Shown here one piece after another: positions 40,900 through 54,400 of a stretch of 64,000 nucleotides of DNA. The notes below the pieces were generated by a model, which ran no database searches, was not told where the DNA came from, and worked only from the letters and a program-made list of their open reading frames with translations. Each line of letters begins with the position of its first letter. Within the stretch, counting starts at the first letter, position 1. This stretch comes from Auanema rhodensis (lineage: Eukaryota; Animalia; Nematoda): NCBI GenBank assembly GCA_964057225.1, contig CAXKVF010000079.1:372001-436000 (forward strand). Direction: 5' to 3'. The translations under genes and the position numbers were made by a program.

Positions 40900-43370
40900 T
40901 TAGATTCCCCATGTCCATATTAGTCTAAAAACAAATTTTTATTGATATTGGTTCATGGTAACCATGACTTTGAAATTTACGTGAACTTCAATTTATGCTA
41001 ATTAAATGTACACGTGATGTGCACTTGGTATGTAACTCGCTTCACGTGAAAGATATAGAGATGCGGTTTTCAAAATTAGATTCCCCATGTCCATATTAGT
41101 CTAAAAACAAATTTTTATTGATATTGGTTCATGGTAACCATGACTTTGAAATTTACGTGAACTTTAATTTATGCTAATTAAATGTACACGTGATGTGCAC
41201 TTGGTATGTAACTCGCTTCACGTGAAAGATAAAGAGATGCGGTTTTCAAAATTAGATTCCCCATGTCCATATTAGTCTAAAAACAAATTTTTATTGATAT
41301 TGGTTCATGGTAACCATGACTTTGAAATTTACGTGAACTTTAATTTATGCTAATTAAATGTACACGTGATGTGCACTTCGTATGTAACTCGCTTCACGTG
41401 AAAGATAAAGAGATGCGGTTTTCAAAATTAGAATCCCCATGTCCATATTAGTCTAAAAACAAATTTTTATTGATATTAATTCATGATAACCATGATTTTG
41501 AAATTTACGTGAACTTTAATTTATGCTAATTAAATGTACACGTGATGTGCACTTGGTATGTAACTCGCTTCACGTGAAAGATAAAGAGATGCGGTTTTCA
41601 AAATTAGATTCCCCATGTCCATATTAGTCTAAAAACAAATTTTTATTGATATTGGTTCATGGTAACCATGACTTTGAAATTTACGTGAACTTTAATTTAT
41701 GCTAATTAAATGTACACGTGATGTGCACTTGGTATGTAACTCGCTTCACGTGAAAGATAAAGAGATGCGGTTTTCAAAATTAGAATCCCCATGTCCATAT
41801 TAGTCTAAAAACAAATTTTTATTGATATTAATTCATGATAACCATGATTTTGAAATTTACGTGAACTTTAATTTATGCTAATTAAATGTACACGTGATGT
41901 GCACTTGGTATGTAACTCGCTTCACGTGAAAGATAAAGAGATGCGGTTTTCAAAATTAGATTCCCCATGTCCATATTAGTCCAAAAACAAATTGTTATTG
42001 ATATTGGTTCATGGTAACCATGTCTTTGAAAATTACGTGAACTTTAATTTATGCTAATTAAATGTACACGTGATGTGCACTTGGTATGTAACTCGCTTCA
42101 CGTGAAAGATAAAGAGATGCGGTTTTCAAAATTAGATTCCCCATGTCCATATTAGTCTAAAAACAAATGTTTATTGATATTGGTTCATGGTAACCATGAC
42201 TTTGAAATTTACGTGAACTTTAATTTATGCTAATTAAATGTACACGTGATGTGCACTTGGTATGTAACTCACTTCACGTGAAAGATAAAGAGATGCGGTT
42301 TTCAAAATTAGATTCCCCATGTCCATATTAGTCTAAAAACAAATTTTTATTGATATTGGTTCATGGTAACCATGACTTTGAAATTTACGTGAACTTCAAT
42401 TTATGCTAATTAAATGTACACGTGATGTGCACTTGGTATGTAACTCGCTTCACGTGAAAGATATAGAGATGCGGTTTTCAAAATTAGATTCCCCATGTCC
42501 ATATTAGTCTAAAAACAAATTTTTATTGATATTGGTTCATGGTAACCATGACTTTGAAATTTACGTGAACTTTAATTTATGCTAATTAAATGTACACGTG
42601 ATGTGCACTTGGTATGTAACTCGCTTCACGTGAAAGATAAAGAGATGCGGTTTTCAAAATTAGATTCCCCATGTCCATATTAGTCTAAAAACAAATTTTT
42701 ATTGATATTGGTTCATGGTAACCATGACTTTGAAATTTACGTGAACTTTAATTTATGCTAATTAAATGTACACGTGATGTGCACTTCGTATGTAACTCGC
42801 TTCACGTGAAAGATAAAGAGATGCGGTTTTCAAAATTAGAATCCCCATGTCCATATTAGTCTAAAAACAAATTTTTATTGATATTAATTCATGATAACCA
42901 TGATTTTGAAATTTACGTGAACTTTAATTTATGCTAATTAAATGTACACGTGATGTGCACTTGGTATGTAACTCGCTTCACGTGAAAGATAAAGAGATGC
43001 GGTTTTCAAAATTAGATTCCCCATGTCCATATTAGTCTAAAAACAAATTTTTATTGATATTGGTTCATGGTAACCATGACTTTGAAATTTACGTGAACTT
43101 TAATTTATGCTAATTAAATGTACACGTGATGTGCACTTGGTATGTAACTCGCTTCACGTGAAAGATAAAGAGATGCGGTTTTCAAAATTAGAATCCCCAT
43201 GTCCATATTAGTCTAAAAACAAATTTTTATTGATATTAATTCATGATAACCATGATTTTGAAATTTACGTGAACTTTAATTTATGCTAATTAAATGTACA
43301 CGTGATGTGCACTTGGTATGTAACTCGCTTCACGTGAAAGATAAAGAGATGCGGTTTTCAAAATTAGATT
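40900..43370 (+). repeat. Local higher-order duplication, 8-mer offset (1408 bp)
   Basis: CACTTCG (41379/42787), GATATAGAG, CTTCAAT and the GAATCCCC-ATTAATTCATGATAAC monomer pair recur at +1408. Boundaries are approximate. Confidence 0.8.
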
Positions 43371-45449
43371 CCCCATGTCCATATTAGTCTAAAAACAAAT
43401 TTTTATTGATATTGGTGCATGGTAACCATGACTTTGAAATTTACGTGAACTTTAATTTATGCTAATTAAATGTACACGTGATGTGCACTTGGTATGTAAC
43501 TCGCTTCACGTGAAAGATAAAGAGATGCGGTTTTCAAAATTAGATTCCCCATGTCCATATTAGTCTAAAAACAAATTTTTATTCATATTGGTTCATGGTA
43601 ACCATGACTTTGAAATTTACGTGAACTTTAATTTATGCTAATTAAATGTACACGTGATGTGCACTTGGTATGTAACTCGCTTCACGTGAAAGATAAAGAG
43701 ATGCGGTTTTCAAAATTAGATTCCCCATGTCCATATTAGTCTAAAAACAAATTTTTATTGATATTGGTGCATGGTAACCATGACTTTGAAATTTACGTGA
43801 ACTTTAATTTATGCTGATTAAATGTACACGTGATGTGCACTTGGTATGTAACTCGCTTCACGTGAAAGATAAAGAGATGCGGTTTTCAAAATTAGAATCC
43901 CCATGTCCATATTAGTCTAAAAACAAATTTTTATTGATATTAATTCATGGTAACCATGATTTTGAAATTTACGTGAACTTTAATTTATGCTAATTAAATG
44001 TACACGTGATGTGCACTTGGTATGTAACTCGCTTCACGTGAAAGATAAAGAGATGCAGTTTTCAAAATTAGATTCCCCATGTCCATATTAGTCCAAAAAC
44101 AAATTGTTATTGATATTGGTTCATGGTAACCATGTCTTTGAAAATTACGTGAACTTTAATTTATGCTAATTAAATGTACACGTGATGTGCACTTGGTATG
44201 TAACTCGCTTCACGTGAAAGATAAAGAGATGCGGTTTTCAAAATTAGATTCCCCATGTCCATATTAGTCTAAAAACAAATGTTTATTGATATTGGTGTAT
44301 GGTAACCATGACTTTGAAATTTACGTGAACTTTAATTTATGCTAATTAAATGTACACGTGATGTGCACTTGGTATGTAACTCGCTTCACGTGAAAGATAA
44401 AGAGATGCGGTTTTCAAAATTAGATTCCCCATGTCCATATTAGTCTAAAAACAAATTTTTATTGATATTGGTGCATGGTAACCATGACTTTGAAATTTAC
44501 GTGAACTTTAATTTATGCTAATTAAATGTACACGTGATGTGCACTTGGTATGTAACTCGCTTCACATGAAAGAAAAAGAGATGCGGTTTTCAAAATTAGA
44601 TTCCCCATGTCCATATTAGTCCAAAAACAAATTGTTATTGATATTGGTTCATGGTAACCATGTCTTTGAAAATTACGTGAACTTTAATTTATGCTAATTA
44701 AATGTACACGTGATGTGCACTTGGTATGTAACTCGCTTCACGTGAAAGATAAAGAGATGCGGTTTTCAAAATTAGATTCCTCATGTCCATATTAGTCTAA
44801 AAACAAATTTTTATTGATATTGGTTCATGGTAACCATGACTTTGAAATTTACGTGAACTTTAATTTATGCTAATTAAATGTACACGTGATGTGCACTTGG
44901 TATGTAACTCGCTTCACGTGAAAGATAAAGAGATGCGGTTTTCAAAATTAGATTCCCCATGTCCATATTAGTCTAAAAACAAATTTTTATTGATATTGGT
45001 GCATGGTAACCATGACTTTGAAATTTACGTGAACTTTAATTTATGCTGATTAAATGTACACGTGATGTGCACTTGGTATGTAACTCGCTTCACGTGAAAG
45101 ATAAAGAGATGCGGTTTTCAAAATTAGATTCCCCATGTCCATATTAGTCCAAAAACAAATTGTTATTGATATTGGTTCATGGTAACCATGTCTTTGAAAA
45201 TTACGTGAACTTTAATTTATGCTAATTAAATGTACACGTGATGTGCACTTGGTATGTAACTCGCTTCACGTGAAAGATAAAGAGATGCGGTTTTCAAAAT
45301 TAGATTCCCCATGTCCATATTAGTCTAAAAACAAATTTTTATTGATATTGGTGCATGGTAACCATGACTTTGAAATTTACGTGAACTTTAATTTATGCTG
45401 ATTAAATGTACACGTGATGTGCACTTGGTATGTAACTCGCTTCACGTGA

Positions 45450-48400
45450 AAGATAAAGAGATGCGGTTTTCAAAATTAGATTCCCCATGTCCATATTAGT
45501 CCAAAAACAAATTGTTATTGATATTGGTTCATGGTAACCATGTCTTTGAAAATTACGTGAACTTTAATTTATGCTAATTAAATGTACACGTGATGTGCAC
45601 TTGGTATGTAACTCGCTTCACGTGAAAGATAAAGAGATGCGGTTTCCAAAATTAGATTCCCCATGTCCATATTAGTCTAAAAACAAATTTTTATTGATAT
45701 TGGTGCATGGTAACCATGACTTTGAAATTTACGTGAACTTTAATTTATGCTAATTAAATGTACACGTGATGTGCACTTGGTATGTAACTCGCTTCACGTG
45801 AAAGATAAAGAGATGCGGTTTTCAAAATTAGATTCCCCATGTCCATATTAGTCTAAAAACAAATTTTTATTGATATTGGTTCATGGTAACCATGACTTTG
45901 AAATTTACGTGAACTTTAATTTATGCTAATTAAATGTACACGTGATGTGCACTTGGTATGTAACTCGCTTCACGTGAAAGATAAAGAGATGCGGTTTTCA
46001 AAATTAGATTCCCCATGTCCATATTAGTCTAAAAACAAATTTTTATTGATATTGGTTCATGGTAACCATGACTTTGAAATTTACGTGAACTTTAATTTAT
46101 GCTAATTAAATGTACACGTGATGTGCACTTGGTATGTAACTCGCTTCACGTGAAAGATAAAGAGATGCGGTTTTCAAAATTAGATTCCCCATGTCCATAT
46201 TAGTCTAAAAACAAATTTTTATTGATATTGGTGCATGGTAACCATGACTTTGAAATTTACGTGAACTTTAATTTATGCTAATTCAATGTACACGTGATGT
46301 GCACTTGGTATGTAACTCGCTTCACGTGAAAGATAAAGAGATGCGGTTTTCAAAATTAGATTCCCCATGTCCATATTAGTCTAAAAACAAATTTTTATTG
46401 ATATTGGTTCATGGTAACCATGACTTTGAAATTTACGTGAACTTTAATTTATGCTAATTAAATGTACACGTGATGTGCACTTGGTATGTAACTCGCTTCA
46501 CGTGAAAGATAAAGAGATGCGGTTTTCAAAATTAGATTCCCCATGTCCATATTAGTCTAAAAACAAATTTTTATTGATATTGGTTCATGGTAACCATGAC
46601 TTTGAAATTTACGTGAACTTTAATTTATGCTAATTAAATGTACACGTGATGTGCACTTGGTATGTAACTCGCTTCACGTGAAAAATAAAGAGATGCGGTT
46701 TTCAAAATTAGATTCCCCATGTCTATATTAGTCTAAAAACAAATTTTTATCGATATTGGTGCATGGTAACCATGACTTTGAAATTTACGTGAACTTCAAT
46801 TTATGCTAATTAAATGTACACGTGATGTGCACTTGGTATGTAACTCGCTTCACGTTAAAGATAAAGAGATGCAGTTTTCAAAATTAGATTCCCCATGTCC
46901 ATATTAGTCTAAAAACAAATTTTTATTGATATTGGTTCATGGTAACCACGACTTTGAAATTTACGTGAACTTTAATTTATGCTAATTAAATGTACACGTG
47001 ATGTGCACTTGGTATGTAACTCGCTTCACGTGAAAGATAAAGAGATGCGGTTTTCAAAATTAGATTCCCCATGTCCATATTAGTCCAAAAACAAATTGTT
47101 ATTGATATTGGTTCATGGTAACCATGACTTTGAAATTTACGTGAACTTTAATTTATGCTAATTAAATGTACACGTGATGTGCACTTGGTATGTAACTCGC
47201 TTCACGTGAAAGATAAAGAGATGCGGTTTTCAAAATTAGAATCCCCATGTCCATATTAGTCTAAAAACAAATTTTTATTGATATTAATTCATGGTAACCA
47301 TGATTTTGAAATTTACGTGAACTTTAATTTATGCTAATTAAATGTACACGTGATGTGCACTTGGTATGTAACTCGCTTCACGTGAAAGATAAAGAGATGC
47401 GGTTTTCAAAATTAGATTCCCCATGTCCATATTAGTCCAAAAACAAATTGTTATTGATATTGGTTCATGGTAACCATGTCTTTGAAAATTACGTGAACTT
47501 TAATTTATGCTAATTAAATGTACACGTGATGTGCACTTGGTATGTAACTCGCTTCACGTGAAAGATAAAGAGATGCGGTTTTCAAAATTAGATTCCCCAT
47601 GTCCATATTAGTCTAAAAACAAATGTTTATTGATATTGGTGCATGGTAACCATGACTTTGAAATTTACGTGAACTTTAATTTATGCTAATTAAATGTACA
47701 CGTGATGTGCACTTGGTATGTAACTCGCTTCACGTGAAAGATAAAGAGATGCGGTTTTCAACATTAGATTCCCCATGTCCATATTAGTCTAAAAACAAAT
47801 TTTTATTGATATTGGTTCATGGTAACCATGACTTTGAAATTTACGTGAACTTTAATTTATGCTAATTAAATGTACACGTGATGTGCACTTGGTATGTAAC
47901 TCGCTTCACGTGAAAGATAAAGAGATGCGGTTTCCAAAATTAGATTCCCCATGTCCATATTAGTCTAAAAACAAATTTTTATTGATATTGGTTCATGGTA
48001 ACCATGACTTTGAAATTTACGTGAACTTTAATTTATGCTAATTAAATGTACACGTGATGTGCACTTGGTATGTAACTCGCTTCACGTGAAAGATAAAGAG
48101 ATGCGGTTTCCAAAATTAGATTCCCCATGTCCATATTAGTCTAAAAACAAATTTTTATTGATATTGGTGCATGGTAACCATGACTTTGAAATTTACGTGA
48201 ACTTTAATTTATGCTAATTCAATGTACACGTGATGTGCACTTGGTATGTAACTCGCTTCACGTGAAAGAAAAAGAGATGCGGTTTTCAAAATTAGATTCA
48301 TCATGTCCATATTAGTCGAAAAACAAATTTTTATTGATATTGGTTCATGGTAACCATGACTTTGAAATTTACGTGAACTTTAATTTATGCTAATTAAATG

Positions 48401-51400
48401 TACACGTGATGTGCACTTGGTATGTAACTCGCTTCACGTGAAAGATAAAGAGATGCGGTTTTCAAAATTAGATTCCCCATGTCCATATTATTCTAAAAAC
48501 AAATTTTTATTGATATTGGTTCATGGTAACCATGACTTTGAAATTTACGTGAACTTTAATTTATGCTAATTAAATGTACACGTGATGTGCACTTGGTATG
48601 TAACTCGCTTCACGTGAAAGATAAAGAGATGCGGTTTTCAAAATTAGATTCCCCATGTCCATATTAGTCTAAAAACAAATTTTTATTCATATTGGTTCAT
48701 GGTAACCATGACTTTGAAATTTACGTGAATTTTAATTTATGCTAATTAAATGTACACGTGATGTGCACTTGGTATGTAACTCGCTTCACGTGAAAGATAA
48801 AGAGATGCGGTTTCCAAAATTAGATTCCCCATGTCCATATTAGTCTAAAAACAAATTTTTATTGATATTGGTGCATGGTAACCATGACTTTGAAATTTAC
48901 GTGAACTTTAATTTATGCTAATTAAATGTACACGTGATGTGCACTTGGTATGTAACTCGCTTCACGTGAAAGATAAAGAGATGCGGTTTTCAAAATTAGA
49001 ATCCCCATGTCCATATTAGTCTAAAAACAAATTTTTATTGATATTAATTCATGGTAACCATGATTTTGAAATTTACGTGAACTTTAATTTATGCTAATTA
49101 AATGTACACGTGATGTGCACTTGGTATGTAACTCGCTTCACGTGAAAGATAAAGAGATGCGGTTTTCAAAATTAGATTCCCCATGTCCATATTAGTCCAA
49201 AAACAAATTGTTATTGATATTGGTTCATGGTAACCATGTCTTTGAAAATTACGTGAACTTTAATTTATGCTAATTAAATGTACACGTGATGTGCACTTGG
49301 TATGTAACTCGCTTCACGTGAAAGATAAAGAGATGCGGTTTTCAAAATTAGATTCCCCATGTCCATATTAGTCTAAAAACAAATGTTTATTGATATTGGT
49401 GTATGGTAACCATGACTTTGAAATTTACGTGAACTTTAATTTATGCTAATTAAATGTACACGTGATGTGCACTTGGTATGTAACTCGCTTCACGTGAAAG
49501 ATAAAGAGATGCGGTTTCCAAAATTAGATTCCCCATGTCCATATTAGTCTAAAAACAAATTTTTATTGATATTGGTGCATGGTAACCATGACTTTGAAAT
49601 TTACGTGAACTTTAATTTATGCTAATTCAATGTACACGTGATGTGCACTTGGTATGTAACTCGCTTCACATGAAAGAAAAAGAGATGCGGTTTTCAAAAT
49701 TAGATTCCCCATGTCCATATTAGTCCAAAAACAAATTGTTATTGATATTGGTTCATGGTAACCATGTCTTTGAAAATTACGTGAACTTTAATTTATGCTA
49801 ATTAAATGTACACGTGATGTGCACTTGGTATGTAACTCGCTTCACGTGAAAGATAAAGAGATGCGGTTTTCAAAATTAGATTCCTCATGTCCATATTAGT
49901 CTAAAAACAAATTTTTATTGATATTGGTTCATGGTAACCATGACTTTGAAATTTACGTGAACTTTAATTTATGCTAATTAAATGTACACGTGATGTGCAC
50001 TTGGTATGTAACTCGCTTCACGTGAAAGATAAAGAGATGCGGTTTCCAAAATTAGATTCCCCATGTCCATATTAGTCTAAAAACAAATTTTTATTGATAT
50101 TGGTGCATGGTAACCATGACTTTGAAATTTACGTGAACTTTAATTTATGCTAATTAAATGTACACGTGATGTGCACTTGGTATGTAACTCGCTTCACGTG
50201 AAAGATAAAGAGATGCGGTTTTCAAAATTAGATTCCCCATGTCCATATTAGTCCAAAAACAAATTGTTATTGATATTGGTTCATGGTAACCATGTCTTTG
50301 AAAATTACGTGAACTTTAATTTATGCTAATTAAATGTACACGTGATGTGCACTTGGTATGTAACTCGCTTCACGTGAAAGATAAAGAGATGCGGTTTTCA
50401 AAATTAGATTCCCCATGTCCATATTAGTCTACAAACAAATTTTTATTGATATTGGTGCATGGTAACCATGACTTTGAAATTTACGTGAACTTTAATTTAT
50501 GCTAATTAAATGTACACGTGATGTGCACTTGGTATGTAACTCGCTTCACGTGAAAGATAAAGAGATGCGGTTTCCAAAATTAGATTCCCCATGTCCATAT
50601 TAGTCTAAAAACAAATTTTTATTGATATTGGTGCATGGTAACCATGACTTTGAAATTTACGTGAACTTTAATTTATGCTAATTCAATGTACACGTGATGT
50701 GCACTTGGTATGTAACTCGCTTCACATGAAAGAAAAAGAGATGCGGTTTTCAAAATTAGATTCCCCATGTCCATATTAGTCCAAAAACAAATTGTTATTG
50801 ATATTGGTTCATGGTAACCATGTCTTTGAAAATTACGTGAACTTTAATTTATGCTAATTAAATGTACACGTGATGTGCACTTGGTATGTAACTCGCTTCA
50901 CGTGAAAGATAAAGAGATGCGGTTTCCAAAATTAGATTCCCCATGTCCATATTAGTCTAAAAACAAATTTTTATTGATATTGGTGCATGGTAACCATGAC
51001 TTTGAAATTTACGTGAACTTTAATTTATGCTAATTAAATGTACACGTGATGTGCACTTGGTATGTAACTCGCTTCACGTGAAAGATAAAGAGATGCGGTT
51101 TTCAAAATTAGATTCCCCATGTCCATATTAGTCTAAAAACAAATTTTTATTGATATTGGTTCATGGTAACCATGACTTTGAAATTTACGTGAACTTTAAT
51201 TTATGCTAATTAAATGTACACGTGATGTGCACTTGGTATGTAACTCGCTTCACGTGAAAGATAAAGAGATGCGGTTTTCAAAATTAGATTCCCCATGTCC
51301 ATATTAGTCTAAAAACAAATTTTTATTGATATTGGTTCATGGTAACCATGACTTTGAAATTTACGTGAACTTTAATTTATGCTAATTAAATGTACACGTG

Positions 51401-54400
51401 ATGTGCACTTGGTATGTAACTCGCTTCACGTGAAAGATAAAGAGATGCGGTTTTCAAAATTAGATTCCCCATGTCCATATTAGTCTAAAAACAAATTTTT
51501 ATTGATATTGGTGCATGGTAACCATGACTTTGAAATTTACGTGAACTTTAATTTATGCTAATTCAATGTACACGTGATGTGCACTTGGTATGTAACTCGC
51601 TTCACGTGAAAGATAAAGAGATGCGGTTTTCAAAATTAGATTCCCCATGTCCATATTAGTCTAAAAACAAATTTTTATTGATATTGGTTCATGGTAACCA
51701 TGACTTTGAAATTTACGTGAACTTTAATTTATGCTAATTAAATGTACACGTGATGTGCACTTGGTATGTAACTCGCTTCACGTGAAAGATAAAGAGATGC
51801 GGTTTTCAAAATTAGATTCCCCATGTCCATATTAGTCTAAAAACAAATTTTTATTGATATTGGTTCATGGTAACCATGACTTTGAAATTTACGTGAACTT
51901 TAATTTATGCTAATTAAATGTACACGTGATGTGCACTTGGTATGTAACTCGCTTCACGTGAAAAATAAAGAGATGCGGTTTTCAAAATTAGATTCCCCAT
52001 GTCTATATTAGTCTAAAAACAAATTTTTATCGATATTGGTGCATGGTAACCATGACTTTGAAATTTACGTGAACTTCAATTTATGCTAATTAAATGTACA
52101 CGTGATGTGCACTTGGTATGTAACTCGCTTCACGTTAAAGATAAAGAGATGCAGTTTTCAAAATTAGATTCCCCATGTCCATATTAGTCTAAAAACAAAT
52201 TTTTATTGATATTGGTTCATGGTAACCACGACTTTGAAATTTACGTGAACTTTAATTTATGCTAATTAAATGTACACGTGATGTGCACTTGGTATGTAAC
52301 TCGCTTCACGTGAAAGATAAAGAGATGCGGTTTTCAAAATTAGATTCCCCATGTCCATATTAGTCGAAAAACAAATTTTTATTGATATTGGTTCATGGTA
52401 ACCATGATTTTGAAATTTACGTGAACTTTAATTTATGCTAATTAAATGTACACGTGATGTGCACTTGGTATGTAACTCGCTTCACGTGAAAGATAAAGAG
52501 ATGCGGTTTTCAAAATTAGATTCCCCATGTCCATATTAGTCTAAAAACAAATTTTTATTGATATTGGTTCATGATAACCATGACTTTGAAATTTACGTGA
52601 ACTTTAATTTATGCTAATTAAATGTACACGTGATGTGCACTTGGTATGTAACTCGCTTCACGTGAAAGATAAAGAGATGCGGTTTTCAAAATTAGATTCC
52701 CCATGTCCATATTAGTCTAAAAACAAATTTTTATTGATATTGGTTCATGGTAACCATGACTTTGAAATTTACGTGAACTTTAATTTATGCTAATTAAATG
52801 TACACGTGATGTGCACTTGGTATGTAACTCGCTTCATGTGAAAGATAAAGAGATGCGGTTTCCAAAATTAGATTCCCCATGTCCATATTAGTCTAAAAAC
52901 AAATTTTTATTGATATTGGTGCATGGTAACCATGACTTTGAAATTTACGTGAACTTTAATTTATGCTAATTCAATGTACACGTGATGTGCACTTGGTATG
53001 TAACTCGCTTCACGTGAAAGAAAAAGAGATGCGGTTTTCAAAATTAGATTCCCCATGTCCATATTAGTCGAAAAACAAATTTTTATTGATATTGGTTCAT
53101 GGTAACCATGACTTTGAAATTTACGTGAACTTTAATTTATGCTAATTAAATGTACACGTGATGTGCACTTGGTATGTAACTCGCTTCACGTGAAAGATAA
53201 AGAGATGCGGTTTTCAAAATTAGATTCCCCATGTCCATATTAGTCCAAAAACAAATTGTTATTGATATTGGTTCATGGTAACCATGACTTTGAAATTTAC
53301 GTGAACTTTAATTTATGCTAATTAAATGTACACGTGATGTGCACTTGGTATGTAACTCGCTTCACGTGAAAGATAAAGAGATGCGGTTTTCAAAATTAGA
53401 ATCCCCATGTCCATATTAGTCTAAAAACAAATTTTTATTGATATTAATTCATGGTAACCATGATTTTGAAATTTACGTGAACTTTAATTTATGCTAATTA
53501 AATGTACACGTGATGTGCACTTGGTATGTAACTCGCTTCACGTGAAAGATAAAGAGATGCGGTTTTCAAAATTAGATTCCCCATGTCCATATTAGTCCAA
53601 AAACAAATTGTTATTGATATTGGTTCATGGTAACCATGTCTTTGAAAATTACGTGAACTTTAATTTATGCTAATTAAATGTACACGTGATGTGCACTTGG
53701 TATGTAACTCGCTTCACGTGAAAGATAAAGAGATGCGGTTTTCAAAATTAGATTCCCCATGTCCATATTAGTCTAAAAACAAATGTTTATTGATATTGGT
53801 GCATGGTAACCATGACTTTGAAATTTACGTGAACTTTAATTTATGCTAATTAAATGTACACGTGATGTGCACTTGGTATGTAACTCGCTTCACGTGAAAG
53901 ATAAAGAGATGCGGTTTTCAACATTAGATTCCCCATGTCCATATTAGTCCAAAAACAAATTGTTATTGATATTGGTTCATGGTAACCATGTCTTTGAAAA
54001 TTACGTGAACTTTAATTTATGCTAATTAAATGTACACGTGATGTGCACTTGGTATGTAACTCGCTTCACGTGAAAGATAAAGAGATGCGGTTTTCAAAAT
54101 TAGATTCCCCATGTCCATATTAGTCTAAAAACAAATGTTTATTGATATTGGTGTATGGTAACCATGACTTTGAAATTTACGTGAACTTTAATTTATGCTA
54201 ATTAAATGTACACGTGATGTGCACTTGGTATGTAACTCGCTTCACGTGAAAGATAAAGAGATGCGGTTTCCAAAATTAGATTCCCCATGTCCATATTAGT
54301 CTAAAAACAAATTTTTATTGATATTGGTTCATGGTAACCATGACTTTGAAATTTACGTGAACTTTAATTTATGCTAATTAAATGTACACGTGATGTGCAC

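Noticed and set aside
48387-48569. 60-aa ORF MLIKCTRDVH...
   Set aside because: It is one satellite monomer read through. A G>T at 48491 (TAG lost) removes the stop present in almost all other units. There is no recognisable domain or gene context, and 176 is not a multiple of 3, so the frame cannot continue.
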